Part shown: positions 25,101-37,390 of the stretch, piece by piece | How the letters are laid out: each line of letters starts with the position of its first letter | Position numbering within the stretch: position 1 is the first letter of the stretch | Assembly: GCA_031835245.2 (NCBI GenBank) | Contig: JAVKOQ020000029.1 | Location: forward strand, 186,001 to 250,000 | Length of the DNA: 64,000 nt | Source: Balamuthia mandrillaris | Taxonomy: Eukaryota | Reading direction: 5' to 3' | Position numbers and translations under genes: made by a program | Notes under the pieces: generated by a model | What the model was told of the DNA's origin: nothing | What the model saw: the letters and a program-made list of their open reading frames with translations, nothing else | Databases searched by the model: none

Positions 25101-25902
25101 GGTTGGCGCTTTGGCGTCTTTCTTCATGTTAACGCAAAAGCAGTCTATTTTTTGAAGGGTTTGGACGCTGGGGATGTGGTGCGTAAGGTGTGTCCGCAAG
25201 AGCTTGATGGTGTGACTGATGACTTGCGCTTGTGTGCCCTTCACTGGAGTCTTGTTGACTTGCACACGTTCAATTATTTTTTCGTAGGCTATTTATCGAT
25301 GTTTTGATGGTGATAGTTTGTTGTTCGTTCCATTCAGTTACAATTGAGCGAGAACAAGAAGGATGCAGAGCACAGAACGAAAAAGAGCGAAGCGGAGAAG
25401 GGTAATTGAAAAAGAGAGCAGAGAAGCAGAGAACAAGAAGACAGGATAGCATAAGAGGAGAAGAACAAAACAAGGCACAGAGAGGGAAGAAAGAGAAGAA
25501 CAAGAACAAGAAGAAGAAGAAGAAGAAGAAGAAGAAGAAGAAGAAGAACAAGAAGAACAAGAAGAACAAGAAGAAGAAGAAGAACAAGAAGAAGAAGAAC
25601 AAGAAGAAGAACAAGAAGAAGAGCAAGAAGAAGGAGAAGAACAACAATAACAACAATCAAGAACAAGATCAAGGCGACGGCGAAGACGAAAAAGAAGCCG
25701 AACAAGCAAAAGACAGAAATGACAACGCACCCAAGTCAATGGTTTGTGGGTTGGAGAGGTATTTGTTGAGCTTCTTGGCAGCCTCAGGCGGGGGAGTAGC
25801 AAGCGTGTTCTCATAGACAACTTTGGCAATGAGCTGGCTCAACATCCTGTTCTGGGTGGGGTTGGGCGAGGTCGGCCCGTTCTTTACCTTTTCGTCCGTC
25901 AT
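20759..25902 (-). CDS. Large conserved helical protein resembling the plant CLoG1/At3g12590 family
   Basis: LFQYKYYTEQQPLSLSPNEMDQVV; ILIK|LVDMY; HAFNLLLNLSVHINLMEP; VWSVALNCLLF; IGGVNFFKKLL; KAQATHNDKLLSNFYLQ. Family assignment is from recalled motifs. Confidence 0.7.
23155..23268 (-). other. U12-type GT-AG intron
   Basis: 5' splice site GTATCCTTT; branch site TCCTTAAC (23185-23178); ends TTTTAG; splicing gives ...VNML|FVEK in frame. Confidence 0.85.
25490..25645. repeat. (GAA)n/(AAGAAC)n microsatellite in an intron
   Basis: Tandem aag/aac triplets. Confidence 0.9.
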
Positions 25903-26435
25903 CTTTCTTTTCGTGGTTGCTACTTTTAGCTCAAAAGAAGAAGAACAGGAAGAAGGCAGGAAGCCAACAAGCGTGACGTACAATCTTTCCCAGCAATCAG
26001 TACTATAAAACCAAAAATTAAAAACAAAAAAATAAAAAATAAAAATGGGCCAAATAAATAAATCAACGGCCCCAAGAGCAGCCACGCACGCGCCTTCTGC
26101 TCCCTCGCAACGACCCACGTTGTTTTTTAAAAAATAAATAAATAACGAGAAGGTTGACTTGGAGGGAGCAACGACCTTTTCCCCAAAAAAAAAAAAAAAC
26201 TAAGGTGCCGCTCGTTGTCAACTTTCCTCCCCTCTCCCCCTCTTCCCTCTCTTTCGCTTCCCTCTTTGGGTTCTTGTTTTTTCTTTTTATTTTGTGGGAA
26301 GATTTCGACAGACGACGACAAACTATTTGAATTATTTGAAGCAGATGAATTATTGTTGTTGCAGGAAACCAAATACCTCTCACCATCAACCTCAAAGATG
26401 GGCTTCATTGAGAGATAGGCCTATTGTACCAAAAT

Positions 26436-26444
26436 GGCGCGAAA
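26436..26444 (-). promoter_or_regulatory. E2F consensus site (TTTCGCGCC) about 90 bp upstream of the Claspin-like gene
   Basis: Plus strand GGCGCGAAA; matches TTTSSCGC. Confidence 0.6.
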
Positions 26445-26536
26445 TATATTCGTTAGGGAAATAACGGTACTGTATCAATGAAACGGTGAAACACAATCAA
26501 GAGGAAGGCACAGAGGAAGAAGAAGAAGAAAAAACG

Positions 26537-28294
26537 ATGGACTTGGATGATATCATCGGATCGACGGCTGAGTCTGTGGACTATACTCCCAAAAGGCTGG
26601 TCGTAAGGAAGACGGAGAGTCTGGAAGACTCTGCTCTGTCCATCGCTGTACCTAAGACGTACTCGCGGAAGAGCACGCCCTCAGACCAAGCTGAGAAGAC
26701 AAAGATAAAGGTTTCTTGGCCAAAGTTACCGCAAAGAGACAAAGAAAAAGAAGAAGAACAAGAAGAACAAGAAGAAGAACAAGAAGAGGAAGAAAGCGAG
26801 CTGGGTCGTTCTCTTCGTAAGGCGAAGCTCTTGTTAGATCTACAATACACAGATGTTGACAACGTTGAACTTCCAGAGGAAGAAGTGGAGGAAGAAGAAG
26901 TGCAAGCTGAGGTGACAATTGAGACAGCAAACCAAAAGAAAAAGAATGTGCAAGAAAAAAGTTGGATGGAGGTTATGTTGGAACAAGAACGACAGGAGTT
27001 ATACGGACGATATCACAAAGGTCCTGAACAGAGGATGAAGACTTCCACCCAGAGCGCTTCAAAAAAACAAGAAGCGTCAACAAACGTATGTTAGCATTTC
27101 TTCTTTCTTCTTTCTGCCATCCTCATTTTCTTGCCTTTCTCATTGTTGTTGTTTGTAACGAAGAAACCGGCCACCGAGATTACCTCTATTCACGTTAAAG
27201 AACATGAAAGTCTTTCAACAACGCGACAGCAAGAGGACGACGGAACGTCTTCTATCCAACGGACCAAGCCTGTTCCGCTCTCCAAAAAGGTCCGAAGGGT
27301 TTTGTTTTATGGGCTATACCATTCTCGTTGGTTCAAACACCTGTTAATACTTTTTCTCTCGCCCAACAGAGAAAGCTAAGTGGCACGTTGGGTGATGATG
27401 AAGATCATCCTTACGAAGAAGAGAAAGAAGAAGCTGATGATGAACACGAAGAGACTAGTGATAAGGAGGAAGACGCAAACCAGTTCAAAAACGATCCAAA
27501 GACAAATGGTATAGCAGCAAAAGGTACAGTAGCCAAGCCACCAGAAGAAAACGAAAACGAGGGAGACAAGGACGAAAAAGAGGTTTCAAGTGACGGAGAT
27601 GACGACGAAGAAGAGGGTTTCGACCTTTTAGCGTTATTGGAGAATCGAGAAACAGCTACTTTCTCCTCTTCAAAACCCATCATTCACAACAAAAACAAAA
27701 GAGAAGAACAAGGTAAGAAGGACACAAAAAACAAGCAACTACAAGCGAACGAAAGGAAAAAGGCCCAACTTGACAAACTCGCACGACGACACAACAGCAA
27801 GCGACGCAAGCTTGAGGAAGATTCAGTCGATGAAGCCATTCAAAGGGCGTTGAGAGGAACAGAGTTGGACGAAGCAGCAATTGAAGAAGAGGCTGAAGCG
27901 CTGTTGACTAGGGAGAGAGCACGAAACGATGATGACTCAAGCGATGAAGAATTGCTTCTTAACTTGCCTTCGGGCCGACCGCGCACAAAGAAGCAGATAA
28001 AACGAGAAGCTAGGGAGCATCGAGAAACTATAGCCCGCAATACTCAAAGACTGATAAGAGGTTAGTTTATTTTGTTGTTTGTTATGTGGTTTCTTTAGAG
28101 TTGAGACTAAAACAATTGTTATTTCACAGGCTCGGATATCAAGTATCCAGAGCATCGACCCTTAAGACAGATCACCATGTCCTCTTTGCTTGCCAAGATG
28201 AAACGCAGGATAAAAAAGCCAGCCCTAGTTGATATTCCGAACATGTACGTGCTATTCCTTCTTTCATTGTAGTTTTGTTGTTGAGCCACTCTTC

Positions 28295-28342
<48 letters not shown>

Positions 28343-29408
28343 TCTTCCTCCTATTCTCTTCCTTGCTTTTCCTCATTTTTAATCTCTCTTTCTCTCACTT
28401 GTGTTGCAACATCATTTTATGGTTGTTATTAGAACACCACACCTTTCCATCGATGATGATAAGGCGACATTGTCGCCACCCACAGAAGATATGGGTGCTA
28501 GTGGTGAAACGCTCGTTGTTTTACCACCAGAGGCATCACACCCACCAAGGAAAGAACCAGCTAACGACACCGAGGATAAGGAGAATGTGCCTCCCGTTCA
28601 GGTATTATCCTATCGCCTCAGCCAACACTTCTCATCAATTCTTCCTCTCCTCGCTTTTTTATCTTTCCCACTCAAATACCTTCTCTTAAAGCCTGCTTTT
28701 CATCTTCCGGTGGACTACTCTGCTTCTTTGGCTGCAACTTGCATGTCAATGGGTGGACCTTCCCTTACTTTCGAGAACGAAGAAGATGAGGAAAAGAACA
28801 TCACCTTCCATCAACCCCCCAGCTGCAGCAGCTACCTCAATGAAAACACCGAAGATGACGATTATCGGTCCACATCTTCGTCACTCAATAGAGACGACGA
28901 CTTTATTGCGAGAGACATTCTGCAGCCAATGGACCTCAACTATGCTCCTTCTTTGCCTTGTTCATCTTCATGGGCTGTTCCTGCCAGTTGCACTCAGCAG
29001 CAGACAGAAGAGCAGCCGGAACAACAAGCAACGAAATATGGAGTTGCAACTATGGGGCTCTCCTACAGCCCATCACTACAAACCTGTTGTGCTGAGGAGG
29101 ACAATCAGGGAGAAGACGAACCCATTGTGTTGGTTGATGGCAACAAAGAAATGGTGGTTCAGTAAATGCTTGTTTATATTAAAAATAACAACAGCTTTAA
29201 TGGCAATGAACAACACTACAGTCGGTGGCAGACTACGCCTTTGAACGATAAAGAGAAGATCAGCGAACGACGAAGAGACCGACAAAGATAACGACGAAGA
29301 GAAGGAAAAAAGTGTGTTGGTGTTGCAACCTCGCTCCATGTTCTTTATTGCATGCTGATTTTCTTTTCCTCCACAGCAATTGCTTGCCCTTCTTCATCGC
29401 CACCTTGA
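26537..29408 (+). CDS. Acidic, largely disordered protein, Claspin/Mrc1-like; 3' exons uncertain
   Basis: ETIARNTQRLIR|GSDIKYPEHRPLRQITMSSLL resembles Claspin ETQRLIRES..LPYH.P; long E/D tracts; upstream E2F site. Confidence 0.55.
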
Positions 29409-29681
29409 CCGTTCCTAAGGCCACCACCACACAACCCTACCAAAACCACCACCACCTGATGCCCTCCGTTTCGTCCGTCTTGTGCTGCAGTTGTGGTAAG
29501 CGTTTGGCCCCCTTGACCCGTTTCCGTCGGCTCAAAGAGAATGTGCCAAGTCTCCTTGTCGCATGCCAAAGATGCTTATCATTCACAGCATTCCAGCAGT
29601 TTCCCAGTTTACCAACCTCATAGGATCGAACGAACCTAACAGCTCGACAAAAAAAAAAAAGAACAAAAAGAGAAGAGAGAG

Positions 29682-30335
29682 ATGGAAGAAAAAGAGCGTA
29701 ACGACGAGGCTTTCGGCTCGTCACCGCCTTCCGCTGTAGGCGTGGCCGTGGTCCCACACACCTACAGCCCCAACAAGAGCTACCACGTGGAGGTCACCCA
29801 CAAGGACAAAGACTCGGTCACCATTGCGCTCTACGTCGCCAAGCCCGTCGTCTTTGACGAGATGGTCTCCGTGCTCATCCGACGGGACTTTGAGGCGTTG
29901 AAGATCTTCAAGAAGAAGTACAAGCGGACGCAGCCCAACGTCATCACCTGCTTTCAAAAGCTGGCCTACGTGATGGAGTTTTGCAGGAGCTCTTGCCTCA
30001 CCACAATGTCGGTGGTGGACGCTGCCGATGAGCAGCACAGCACAGAGATCTGTTTGGACCTCTCCCGGTTCATCGCCAGCCCCAAAGCTTGTTGCCGACC
30101 TAAAACTGGTTTATTTTCTGTTCTTTCTTCTCCCTTTCTTTCTTTCTTTTTCCTAAGTTTTTTTTGTTGTTTTGCAACAGAACGATCGACAGTATGCCCA
30201 CAAGTGGGGATGATCCGGTGTTCGCGGTGCCTGGTGGCATGCTGGTGCTCGGACACCTGTTTGGGGGCCTCCTTTGAGACCCATCAACACGCCTGTAACA
30301 TAGCTTTCAACTACCGTAATCAACTCGGCCTTTGA
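29682..30335 (+). CDS. Small protein with a C-terminal MYND-like zinc finger (intron about 30109-30180)
   Basis: C...C...IRCSRCLVACWCSDTC....ETHQHAC. Confidence 0.7.
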   Translation: MEEKERNDEAFGSSPPSAVGVAVVPHTYSPNKSYHVEVTHKDKDSVTIALYVAKPVVFDEMVSVLIRRDFEALKIFKKKYKRTQPNVITCFQKLAYVMEFCRSSCLTTMSVVDAADEQHSTEICLDLSRFIASPKACCRPKTGLFSVLSSPFLSFFFLSFFCCFATERSTVCPQVGMIRCSRCLVACWCSDTCLGASFETHQHACNIAFNYRNQLGL

Positions 30336-30448
30336 CAACAGAAAGAAATGAACGAACGAAAGAAACGACAGTAAAAAAGAAAAAGAAAAAGAGAAAAGAA
30401 AAAGAGAAAAGAAAAAGAAATGAACTGACAGACTCTCATTTCGGTCCG

Positions 30449-32976
30449 TTATTGCAGTACTCGAACAAAGTTTGCTGGGAACATGCCTCTCCGCCCACGA
30501 CACTCGCCCTCCATCCACTCCTCGTTGACCTGCACCACCCTCTCCACAATGTCTCCGGCCTTTAAGTCCAGTTCCGTTTCGTAGACGGCCTCCACGTCCC
30601 ATAAAACCTCTGCTGTGGCTCCTTTGTGCTCTGTTTTTGCATTTGTTTCTGAGAAAGACATCAGCAAGGAGAGAGAAGAACGAAAGGAGAAATAGAAGAA
30701 GCAGAGGACCGAAAAGGAAGAAAGAGCACAGGGAGAATGAAACAAGAACGAGAATGAACACGAAAATAAGAACAGCGCAGAAAGAAACTGACCCCCTGGT
30801 GCGGTGGAACCAGCAGCCTCGTTATTGTTGGTCTGCAGCTGTCGTCTCTGTACCAACAGCTCCACATAGTTCTGCGCCAATTCCTGCAGGCGAGTGGCAA
30901 AGCTCATCCTCTCCTCCGCCGTCGCAAAGGTGAGCAGCAAGGGGGCATGCAAGCTATAATCATCATCCAGCTCCACGCGATGCATGTTCATGAAGAGATC
31001 TCTTCGTCGTAGCTCCAATCCAGTTTCGTCTACAAATGACGGAGGAAGAGCCACCGAGTCCAAAGAAACGAGAACGATGGGTCGAAGAGGAGGAGCCTGC
31101 TTTTTCACTGTCATTTTCATGTTTTTCTGCTTCTCGGTGGCAACTAAAACGGAGTCATTGAAGAGGAAGATGGTGACGTGCGGTTGATACTTTTCGTTGT
31201 AGTGGCAGGAAGCTGTTGCTTCGCTCTCGAATCTTCTTTGTGGGTGAATCAAGTCTAGTTCCTAAGAATACGAATGAGGTGAGCAAAGAGAGAAGAAGAA
31301 AAGCACAATAAGAAGAAGAAAAAGAACAAGAAGAAAAAGAAGAAGAACAAGAAGAAGAAGAAGAAGAAAAGAAAAGAACAAGAAGAAAAGAACAAGAACA
31401 AGAAAACAGCAGCAGCGGAGAACAAGAACAAGGACAGCAGAATTGGTACATATGATTTAGGGAATCGCTCTTGAATGGTTTTTATGATCTCTAAATTTTC
31501 AGCCTTCCGTTTCGCCTCATTGATGGTGGTCACCACATTCTGAACCTTGTGCAATGCTTTCTCAAGGTCCGCTTTTGCTGGCGAATCCTTAGCCACAAGT
31601 TTGCTCATTTCCGAAAGGAAGAGAGGATAACGGCAAATACGCTGTTGTGATAAACATACGATTAAACTCAAGAAAAACAAAAGCATAGAGAGAGAGAGAG
31701 AGAGAGAGAGGGACAGAGAGGAAAGAAACAAACTTGAGTTGGTTTGATGAGGAAAGAACCTAGCGTCTGTAGCTTCACTTCAGGGTCTTGTAGTGTGCTC
31801 TATGGAGAAGAAAGGGATCTCATATATCTCAGGAGGTGTGTTCTATGGAGATGAAAGCAGGGAGAAACAATTTGTAGATATAATACCTTTTCAAACTCCT
31901 GATAATCTTCATTTTTGCTGGATAGTCGCTGAATGAGCTCGTTTCCTTCTGTGTGGTTGCTGCAGTAGAGCGTATACATCTTCAAGTAATCAGCCTACAT
32001 AAGTGAGAAAATGAGTAAAACCTTTTCATGTTTCAATAAAGAAGAGCAATGAAGAAAAGAAAAGAACAGGGAAGAGAATGATGAAAAGGAGAGGAGGAGG
32101 AGGAGGAAGAAGAGAAGAAGAATAAAAATAGAAGACAGAGAAGACAAAGACAAGAATGAGCACCATTGCGAGAAAGATGCCAGCAATATAACCGGGTTTG
32201 TCGTTAGTAGGAATAAGAAGAGCTTGTTCCATGCTCGCCAACAGTTCTTTGTTCAGCGAGTAAATAAGATTGAGATTGGAGAAGACAACATGTATATCGT
32301 TCGTCGTCAGGCCAAAATCTTTGGCTCTCTGCCTCATTGGTTCCATGTAATGCTGTTCATAACATAATGAAAACAAAACAGTTTAAACAAAAAAGAAAAC
32401 GGTATTTTGCAAGATAAACAAGAGAATACGCACCCGAGTCATGATATCCAGGTCAGCAAGATAACGTCGCTCTGTTTCGATCAGCTCTTGGCAAACCAAA
32501 TCCATTTTGGAAGTGGAGGGCTGAGCAGGAGGAGAAGCAACAGCTTTCTTTTCATGCTCTCGTGGTGGTCGTGGCGGTCGCTTCTTTTCTTCTGGTGCTC
32601 CCCCTTCTCCTTCTCTCTTGTGTGCTGGCTCAGCAGAGTTGGCCGCTGAAGAAGCGGTGGTGGGAAGGATAACGCAACGAATTTTGGTTTGTAACTCTTC
32701 ATTTTCTTTCTGCCACCTGTTCTCCCAGTTTCGAATGGCATCTCCCAAAGAGGCTGGTGCTGCTGCAGATGCTCTGTTGTTGTAGGCGATTCCACCTATT
32801 GGTAGCTTTTCGACGCTGCGATTCAAGGATTGGATCCGGCGGTTCAGCGGCGAAGGCATCTTGACTTCTCCTTCCTGCACCTATTTTTTTTTGTGTTTTT
32901 TGTTGGCCTGGACTTTGTTTTTGTTTTGAAGGAGGATACATACCGCAGCCGTTGTGCCCTTCCGCTTTGAGAACAT
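30449..32976 (-). CDS. RhoGEF with DH-PH-SH3 domains
   Basis: ELIETERRYLADL; VFSNLNLIYSLNKELL; LKMYTLYCSN; LGSFLIKPTQ|RICRYPLFL; INEAKR; PH IFLFNDSVLVA; SH3 ELDLKAGDIV...EWMEG...RGMFPANFV. Confidence 0.92.
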
Positions 32977-33317
32977 GGTTGGCGGCGGAAAGTGTGTTGG
33001 TGTGGTTTCTTTCTTTCTTGTCTCTCTAATATAGCTCGTTAGATCGATAATTTAATTCTGTTATCAAAATTGTTAGCAACAATCGATTTATGTACAATAA
33101 TTGTTTGCCATTGTGACAAATTCAAATGCAGGCAGAAGACAAGAGAAGGAAGACTTCGACATTATGGGGGCTGTGTTGTTTATGACATTCATTTTCTTCA
33201 TGTGCTTCAGCTTGCTAGGTGTCAAAACAGCCAACGCCGTCCTCAGAATATATAACCTCAAACTGCTATAAAAAAAAATGAATTAGTAGCAGAAAAACAA
33301 GAAACCTGTAAAATGAG

Positions 33318-34274
33318 CTAAAAAGGATGGGGTACCATGTTTACACTTAGCTCTTGCAAATGGTCGGCAGAAGGATGCTTGCCTTTTGGACGTCTGTTGC
33401 GAACCACGTCCTCACGAAAGTCCTTCAAGGCCTCCAATACTAACGCCCAATAACGCCTGTCTCGCCTAAAGCGAAGAATGTTGGTTCCCTATCAAACAGT
33501 TTAATATTAGTCACAAAGCAAGAAAGAAAGAAAAAAAGAAATATACTTTGGGAGTAAAACTGCAAAGGTCGCAATAGTCAGTATTGCAAAGCTCCATATA
33601 GCCTTGAATCTGAGGAATGTAGTAATAGGCCCTGTCCAACGTTTGGTGCGGCACTGCAGTGTCTGTGTCTCCACGGTTCCACGGACACTTAACTTCCACA
33701 ACGCCCTCGGGCCAGGGGTACCCGTCACGACGGAAGACGAGGGCATCAGGGATGCCCACCAACCAAGGATACTGTGGATGGGAGAACCGCCTTATCATTC
33801 CCGTTCAGCATATTAGAAGAGATGCAAAGAGAAAAAAAAAAGAGCAGAAAGACGGAGAAAAGCACGGAAGAAGAGTAGAAGCTCAAAAAAAAAAAAGAAC
33901 GAGAAAGAACACAAACCTACACTCCTTCTGGACATAGAGACTGTATTTGCAAATGGAGTATATCTCCAGTGCTTTTGGTTCGTTTAGTATACCCCATCTC
34001 ATAGCCTCGCTTTCTGTTGGGGGAGGTCTTATTCCAGTCATCTGCTCCCACAGCATTTCTCTGGAAGTGTATGGATGGATGCCAACAGCTTCAGCAAACC
34101 GACTTGGTCCAAGGTTTGGTATCTTGCGCCTTCTTTTGCACCATGCTGCAGTTATTGCTTGTTTTTGGTTCGCTTTTGGTTTGCATGTGCCCAAGTGCTT
34201 CTTGGGTGGGGAGGAACGAAAAACAAACCATACACCACCAAGAGCGTGGCCGCAACCCACAGCAGCCAGTGCAT
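33318..34274 (-). CDS. YqaJ/lambda-exonuclease-like PD-(D/E)xK nuclease, intron-containing; start uncertain
   Basis: SRFAEAVG; AMRWGILNEPKAL; PWLVGIPDA; EVKCP; YYIPQIQGYME; RDRRYW. Confidence 0.85.
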
Positions 34275-34622
34275 TTCCGCAGCTGTAGCTTTCTGCTCCA
34301 GACTTTTTTTGCAAGAGAAGACTTTACAACGCGTGCCTTGGAGGGTGGAGGGTGGGATGATTTCGACGTCTCTTCTCTTTATTTATTTGGTGATGGATTC
34401 AACGGTTGGTGCAAGACCAGCTGCTACTTTTTTTTTTCCTTGGTACTTTTTTTTTGCCAGGCAAACCACAGGAAATTTACTTTAAAAAGGGGTAGTGTTC
34501 ACGTTTGGTGCAAGGCCCATGGCTCTCCACTTTTATTTTGGTTGTTCGTTGGCAAAAAAAATAAAAAATAAATGTCCATGCGTTTGTTTGTTTGCTCTCT
34601 GGCTTCTCTTTCCATGTTGTGC

Positions 34623-35818
34623 TTACTTCTCCCAGTAAACTTTCATGTCGGTGCCCTCCCTTCCTCTCTGCCATAGAATGAGCAAAGCGACTCCCACGAT
34701 GATGGCGATCGCCAACAACACAAGAACCGGGATGAGAACCCCAAGAAGGATGGCCAGGCTGTCGTCATCGTCGTCTTCGCTCTCAGCACGTCCTTCGCTG
34801 CTCGAGTTGAAGGAGGAGTCCGAGCCGGCTGGAAAGGAGACTGGAATGACCAATTGTTGTTGCTGCTCTCCCTCGATGATGAAAGGCGTGGTGCAATACA
34901 TCGTCACGACGATGTCCTCATCTGCGGCAGGATGCACCGTGAGGGGGATGATGACATCCACTGCTCCGTTTGGGCTGTTGAAAATGCAGTAGACATTGGG
35001 CTTGTTTTCTCCTGATGGTAAAGAAAGAAGTGAGCAACGCGAACTATGAGCACAGAAACAAAAACATTACCGGATACAAACTGACAAGGTTCCGGCAAAG
35101 CAGCTCCAAACTGAACATCTCCAGCAAACTCCAGCACGCACTCAGCCTGAACGCCAAACGGTCCATCCACGTTCTCTAAGCTTGCTTGCAAACCAAGGTC
35201 CTGCCCCGGAATGATGGGCCATGTCGTCCCGTCCTCCTCTAACTCCAACCCCATGCGAAGCGAGGGGACGACCTGAATATCCTGCTCGAAGCATGTCTCA
35301 AACTGTAGAAAGTCGCCGAAGAAAGCATCCAAAGTGCAATCCCAATAAAGCTTTATGTTTTGTGGTTCCAAAAAGTTGAAGAGTTCACCAGATAGCATGA
35401 CAAGGGAATGCGTAGCTGAGAATTCGTCTATGCATTGGGCGCCCGCTTGAAAACCTTGATCTTCCGAGTCCGAGTTCTGCCCCCATATAGGGGGTAAATA
35501 AGGCCGGCAACTTCTTCCCAAGAAGGCTTCAACGGAACCGTCGGCGGTAACCATGAGAAGGCATTGCGCAAAACCTCCGACAGGCACTTGCAGTTCTATG
35601 GAGCCGTTGAAGGAAATATTGGGAGAGAAGAGAGGGATTTTGTCGGGAAGGTACTGTTCGTTGGACAGCAGCACAGCGGTAAAGTTGGCGTTGGCAGCAT
35701 ACGCAGAATATTCTCTCGGTAGTGGATATCTTCCACAAAAGTTTTTTTGCGCTGACAAAGGCTCCAGGCAAAAGGCCCAAAGCAACACTGTCAGAAAAAG
35801 AGTCCTTGTTGATAACAT
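34623..35818 (-). CDS. Type I membrane/surface protein of unknown function (two exons)
   Basis: Signal peptide MLSTRTLFLTVLLWAFCLEPLSA; Cys-containing ectodomain; TM LAILLGVLIPVLVLLAIAIIVGVALLILW; short tail. Confidence 0.8.
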
Positions 35819-36110
35819 TCTCGTGGTATTTTTGTTTTTTTTTGTCTAGCCTTAAAGGGAGTTAGTCTTACGGTTCTTCTGTTGCGCTTCCTTTCAGTAA
35901 ATGAGCTCATAAAGAAGTGAATCCTGGAAGGACAAAGCAAGTAATGAACACAACAACCAGATCCTTAAACTTTCATTAATGAAATTACTAAGTCATAACG
36001 AATGCTGGCACAAATGCTGCAATTTTACTTCAGCTCGTGTGCACGATTTTATGAGGGGTAGTTGTCGACAATATTTCAAGAAAAAAAAAAGTAAGAGAAG
36101 AAAGGGAGGG

Positions 36111-37354
36111 ATGGACGGAGAAGAAGAGCGCTGTGTTGTTGGAGGGCCTCCTCTGCTCTCTAGGGCGGAGTACTACACGTCGCCGCCGCTTCGCGTGCTG
36201 AAGCGCATGACCGAGCGTCGGTTGGCCCGACTCAACGATTTTTCTGTGGGTCGGCGTGGATTTGGTAGCGTCACTTTCTTGGGCGCCACCGACGTTCGCG
36301 GCCTTGACCTTGACCGAATCGTGTTTTTCAGGGCAGGGGAGGTGATCGTGTACCCGTGCAAACAGGAAAAGCCCGCAAGAGGTGTGCAGCTCAACAAACC
36401 AGCGATAATCACACTGGAAAATATATGGCCTTCTGCTACTTCTTTGATTGGTGCGATTGCGTTCTTTTATCACTTCCTCATCTCCGTGTTCTTCTCTCTC
36501 TCTCTCTCTCTCTCTCTAACTTATGTTTTCGAAAAAAACTCAGAGGAGAATCACTGGAGCGATTTCGTTGCGAAGCTTCGGCAAGTGCGGAATACTCGAT
36601 TCATCAGCTATGAACCGGATTGTGGCAAGTGGGTGTTTAGAGTGGAGCACTTTACTCGTTACGGTTTGACGGTGGAAGGAAGCGAGGACGAGGACGACGG
36701 TGAGGATGAAGTAGAGGAAGGAGAAGAGGCTAGTACTATATTCAAAGGCCCTCCTCGCGCTCAAAAGGCTACGCCTTCAGCTTCCGCTCTTCGCTTTCAA
36801 CAACAACAACGCAACCGAAGAAGAGCTTCATCGGATGAGTTTGACATCAGTGGAGTGGAAGACCTCGATGGTATCGACGAAGTTGGCAGTGATGAGTTTG
36901 AAGGAGATGAAGCACGTCCTGTTTATGCGGAGGCTGAAACAGGAGAAGACGAAGATGGTGTGTACGAAGAGGATGAAGGGACTATGTTTATGGGACGATT
37001 TCCATCAAGAAGAGGAACAGTGGGAGCTCGTCGAAGATACCTACAAGAAGACTACTATGAGGACAGCAAACGCCCGATCGAGAACGAAGAGGATTACTAC
37101 GATGAAGACGAAGAACGGTTTTTGAGCGGTGAAGACGAGGATGATCGGATTCCAGCTCGACCAACAGCAGAGGATAACCTTTATGCGGAAAGCGATGAGC
37201 TGCTCGACAGTGGAGAAGAGGAGGAAGAGGAAAATCTGGACTCTTCAAGACAGTACTTCTCTCCTGCGAGGCTGCCAGAGCAGCTTGGCCTCGAACCTAG
37301 AAAAATTCAGTTGATGAAGGTAAGTTTTGTGTTTTTCTATTTGCGTGGATCATA

Positions 37355-37390
<36 letters not shown>

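Noticed and set aside
29242..29244. In-frame TGA as selenocysteine or readthrough
   Set aside because: It can fall inside an intron ending at GATAAAG (about 29253); there is no selenoprotein context and no SECIS was recognised.
29312..29623. Cys-containing ORF (CCSCGK...CQRC) as a zinc-ribbon gene
   Set aside because: No clear start or family match, and it overlaps the probable last exon and 3' UTR of the Claspin-like gene; not excluded without RNA data.
33318..34274. YqaJ gene as evidence of a provirus or mobile element
   Set aside because: It has spliceosomal introns, host-like neighbours, and no terminal repeats or other viral genes.
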